Source: an uncultured virus (IMG/VR IMGVR_UViG_3300003319_000181)
Lineage: Duplodnaviria > Heunggongvirae > Uroviricota > Caudoviricetes
Length of the DNA stretch: 64,000 nt
Virus record (IMG/VR): IMGVR_UViG_3300003319_000181
Strand: one strand, 5' to 3'
Positions 63,168 through 64,000 of the stretch are shown one piece after another. The stretch's first letter is position 1. Each line of letters begins with the position of its first letter. The notes below the pieces were generated by a model. It worked only from the letters and a program-made list of their open reading frames with translations, had not been told where the DNA came from and did no database searches. A program made the translations under genes and the position numbers.

Positions 63168-63716
63168 TCATGGAGCGATGGCCTGCGTCGCCTTCTCCAC
63201 GTAACTCGCCGCGCGCCGCACACGCTGCCTGTCCGTCTTGCCCGCGAGCCTTTCAAGCGCCTCAAGACTTCGCTTGGCCGAAGAGAGCCGCGAGCGAGAC
63301 TCACGCATCGCGGCGTCGAACTCGTCGGGGCTCTGCGCCAGCACGCGGGTTGACTGGTAGTAACTACCCGACTCTTCTTCCCCCTCCTGCTCCGCCGTCG
63401 CGACACCACGCGGGATGTGCGCGTAGGCGGGCAGCGGCGGCTGCTCCCCTTCGGCCTCGATCACGACCATGCGGATGAACTGCCGCGCCTCCCACAGCCG
63501 GTACATATGGCCCGCCTTCGAGTCGTCCCATGTGAAAGCGCCGTGGATGGGCGAGCGTTTCGACGCGGCGGCCTTGACGACGGCCTCGGTCTGAAGCTGG
63601 CCGCCGTTGCGCTCGCGGATGCGCTCCAACTCTTCGCCCGCGTCCTGCGCCTTGATGCCCCGGTACGTCTCGCCGCCTTTGAACTTGAATTTGTTGAAAG
63701 CCATGTCTTCAGCCAT
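63168..63716 (-). CDS. Accessory protein between the RAMP-like gene and its array
   Basis: AGEELERIR..SPIHGAFTWDDSKAGHMYRLWEARQFIR; GGAGG RBS; overlaps the upstream stop. Confidence 0.75.
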   Translation of the reverse strand: MAEDMAFNKFKFKGGETYRGIKAQDAGEELERIRERNGGQLQTEAVVKAAASKRSPIHGAFTWDDSKAGHMYRLWEARQFIRMVVIEAEGEQPPLPAYAHIPRGVATAEQEGEEESGSYYQSTRVLAQSPDEFDAAMRESRSRLSSAKRSLEALERLAGKTDRQRVRRAASYVEKATQAIAP

Positions 63717-64000
63717 TGCGCCGCACCTCCATAATGGACTCGACCTTGAACCGCCCGAACTGGCCATCCTTCTCCGGCCGCCACTCCCCGACGCCGACCC
63801 CGAACCCCGCGATGTTGAAGAGGTTCAAAATCTGCTCCTCGCTGAGCGCCGACGTGTTGTAGGTGAGGCGGAAGATTGCGCGCCATTCGGAGAACTCGGC
63901 GCGGTAGCGGATGTCGGCCGTGCCCATGCCGACGCGCACCATGTCCTCGCGCATGTGCGGCTCGCCTTTGATGATCGCCAGTTCACCGTCGATGTGAAAC
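63709..64000 (-). CDS. Second Cas7/RAMP-like (Vipr-like) protein, C-terminal part only
   Basis: MREDMVRV..DIRYRAEFSEW..AGFGVGVGEWRPEKDGQFGRF Gly-rich loop, homologous in pattern to 44466..45083. Confidence 0.75.
   Translation of the reverse strand, partial: FHIDGELAIIKGEPHMREDMVRVGMGTADIRYRAEFSEWRAIFRLTYNTSALSEEQILNLFNIAGFGVGVGEWRPEKDGQFGRFKVESIMEVRRNG

Noticed and set aside
62713..63409. ORFs 62713..63147, 62831..63409 and 62923..63171 as proteins
   Set aside because: Low-complexity Arg/Gly/Ala/Pro translations caused by the 5-nt repeat; the phase shifts at GGCA are not codon-preserving
1..64000. tRNA/rRNA genes, integrase, reverse transcriptase/DGR, tape-measure protein
   Set aside because: No convincing cloverleaf, recombinase or RT motifs, TR/VR pair or tape-measure gene seen by eye; tRNAscan and HMM searches would be needed to exclude them

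Overview
The whole window reads as part of a GC-rich tailed phage or prophage genome. It is probably podovirus-like, since no tape-measure or tail-tube gene is evident. A + strand arm of small accessory genes (1-8 kb) carries an inverted ExeA-type AAA ATPase plus HTH-replicator module. It converges on a long minus-strand late region (8-50 kb): tail spike and fibre-like genes, head-tail genes, major capsid, scaffold, portal, terminase, a 2685-aa polyvalent injected protein and holin-like genes. A minus-strand early/replication region follows (50-64 kb): two DNA methyltransferases, an initiator with iterons, an annealing-type protein, HNH nucleases, a structured non-coding cluster and a DUF1874/AcrIII-1-like ring nuclease. 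The most notable signal is two independent loci (44.2-45.6 kb and 62.9-64 kb) where a stand-alone Cas7/RAMP-like gene is flanked by non-coding arrays of strictly phased GGY-NN pentamers with variable dinucleotides. One locus has an HNH nuclease and a divergent HTH gene; the other has a conserved accessory gene. These look like a non-CRISPR, RNA-guided system whose guide information lies in the NN positions (the architecture I recall being reported recently as VIPR; unverified here). All calls come from motif reading by eye; no database searches were run.
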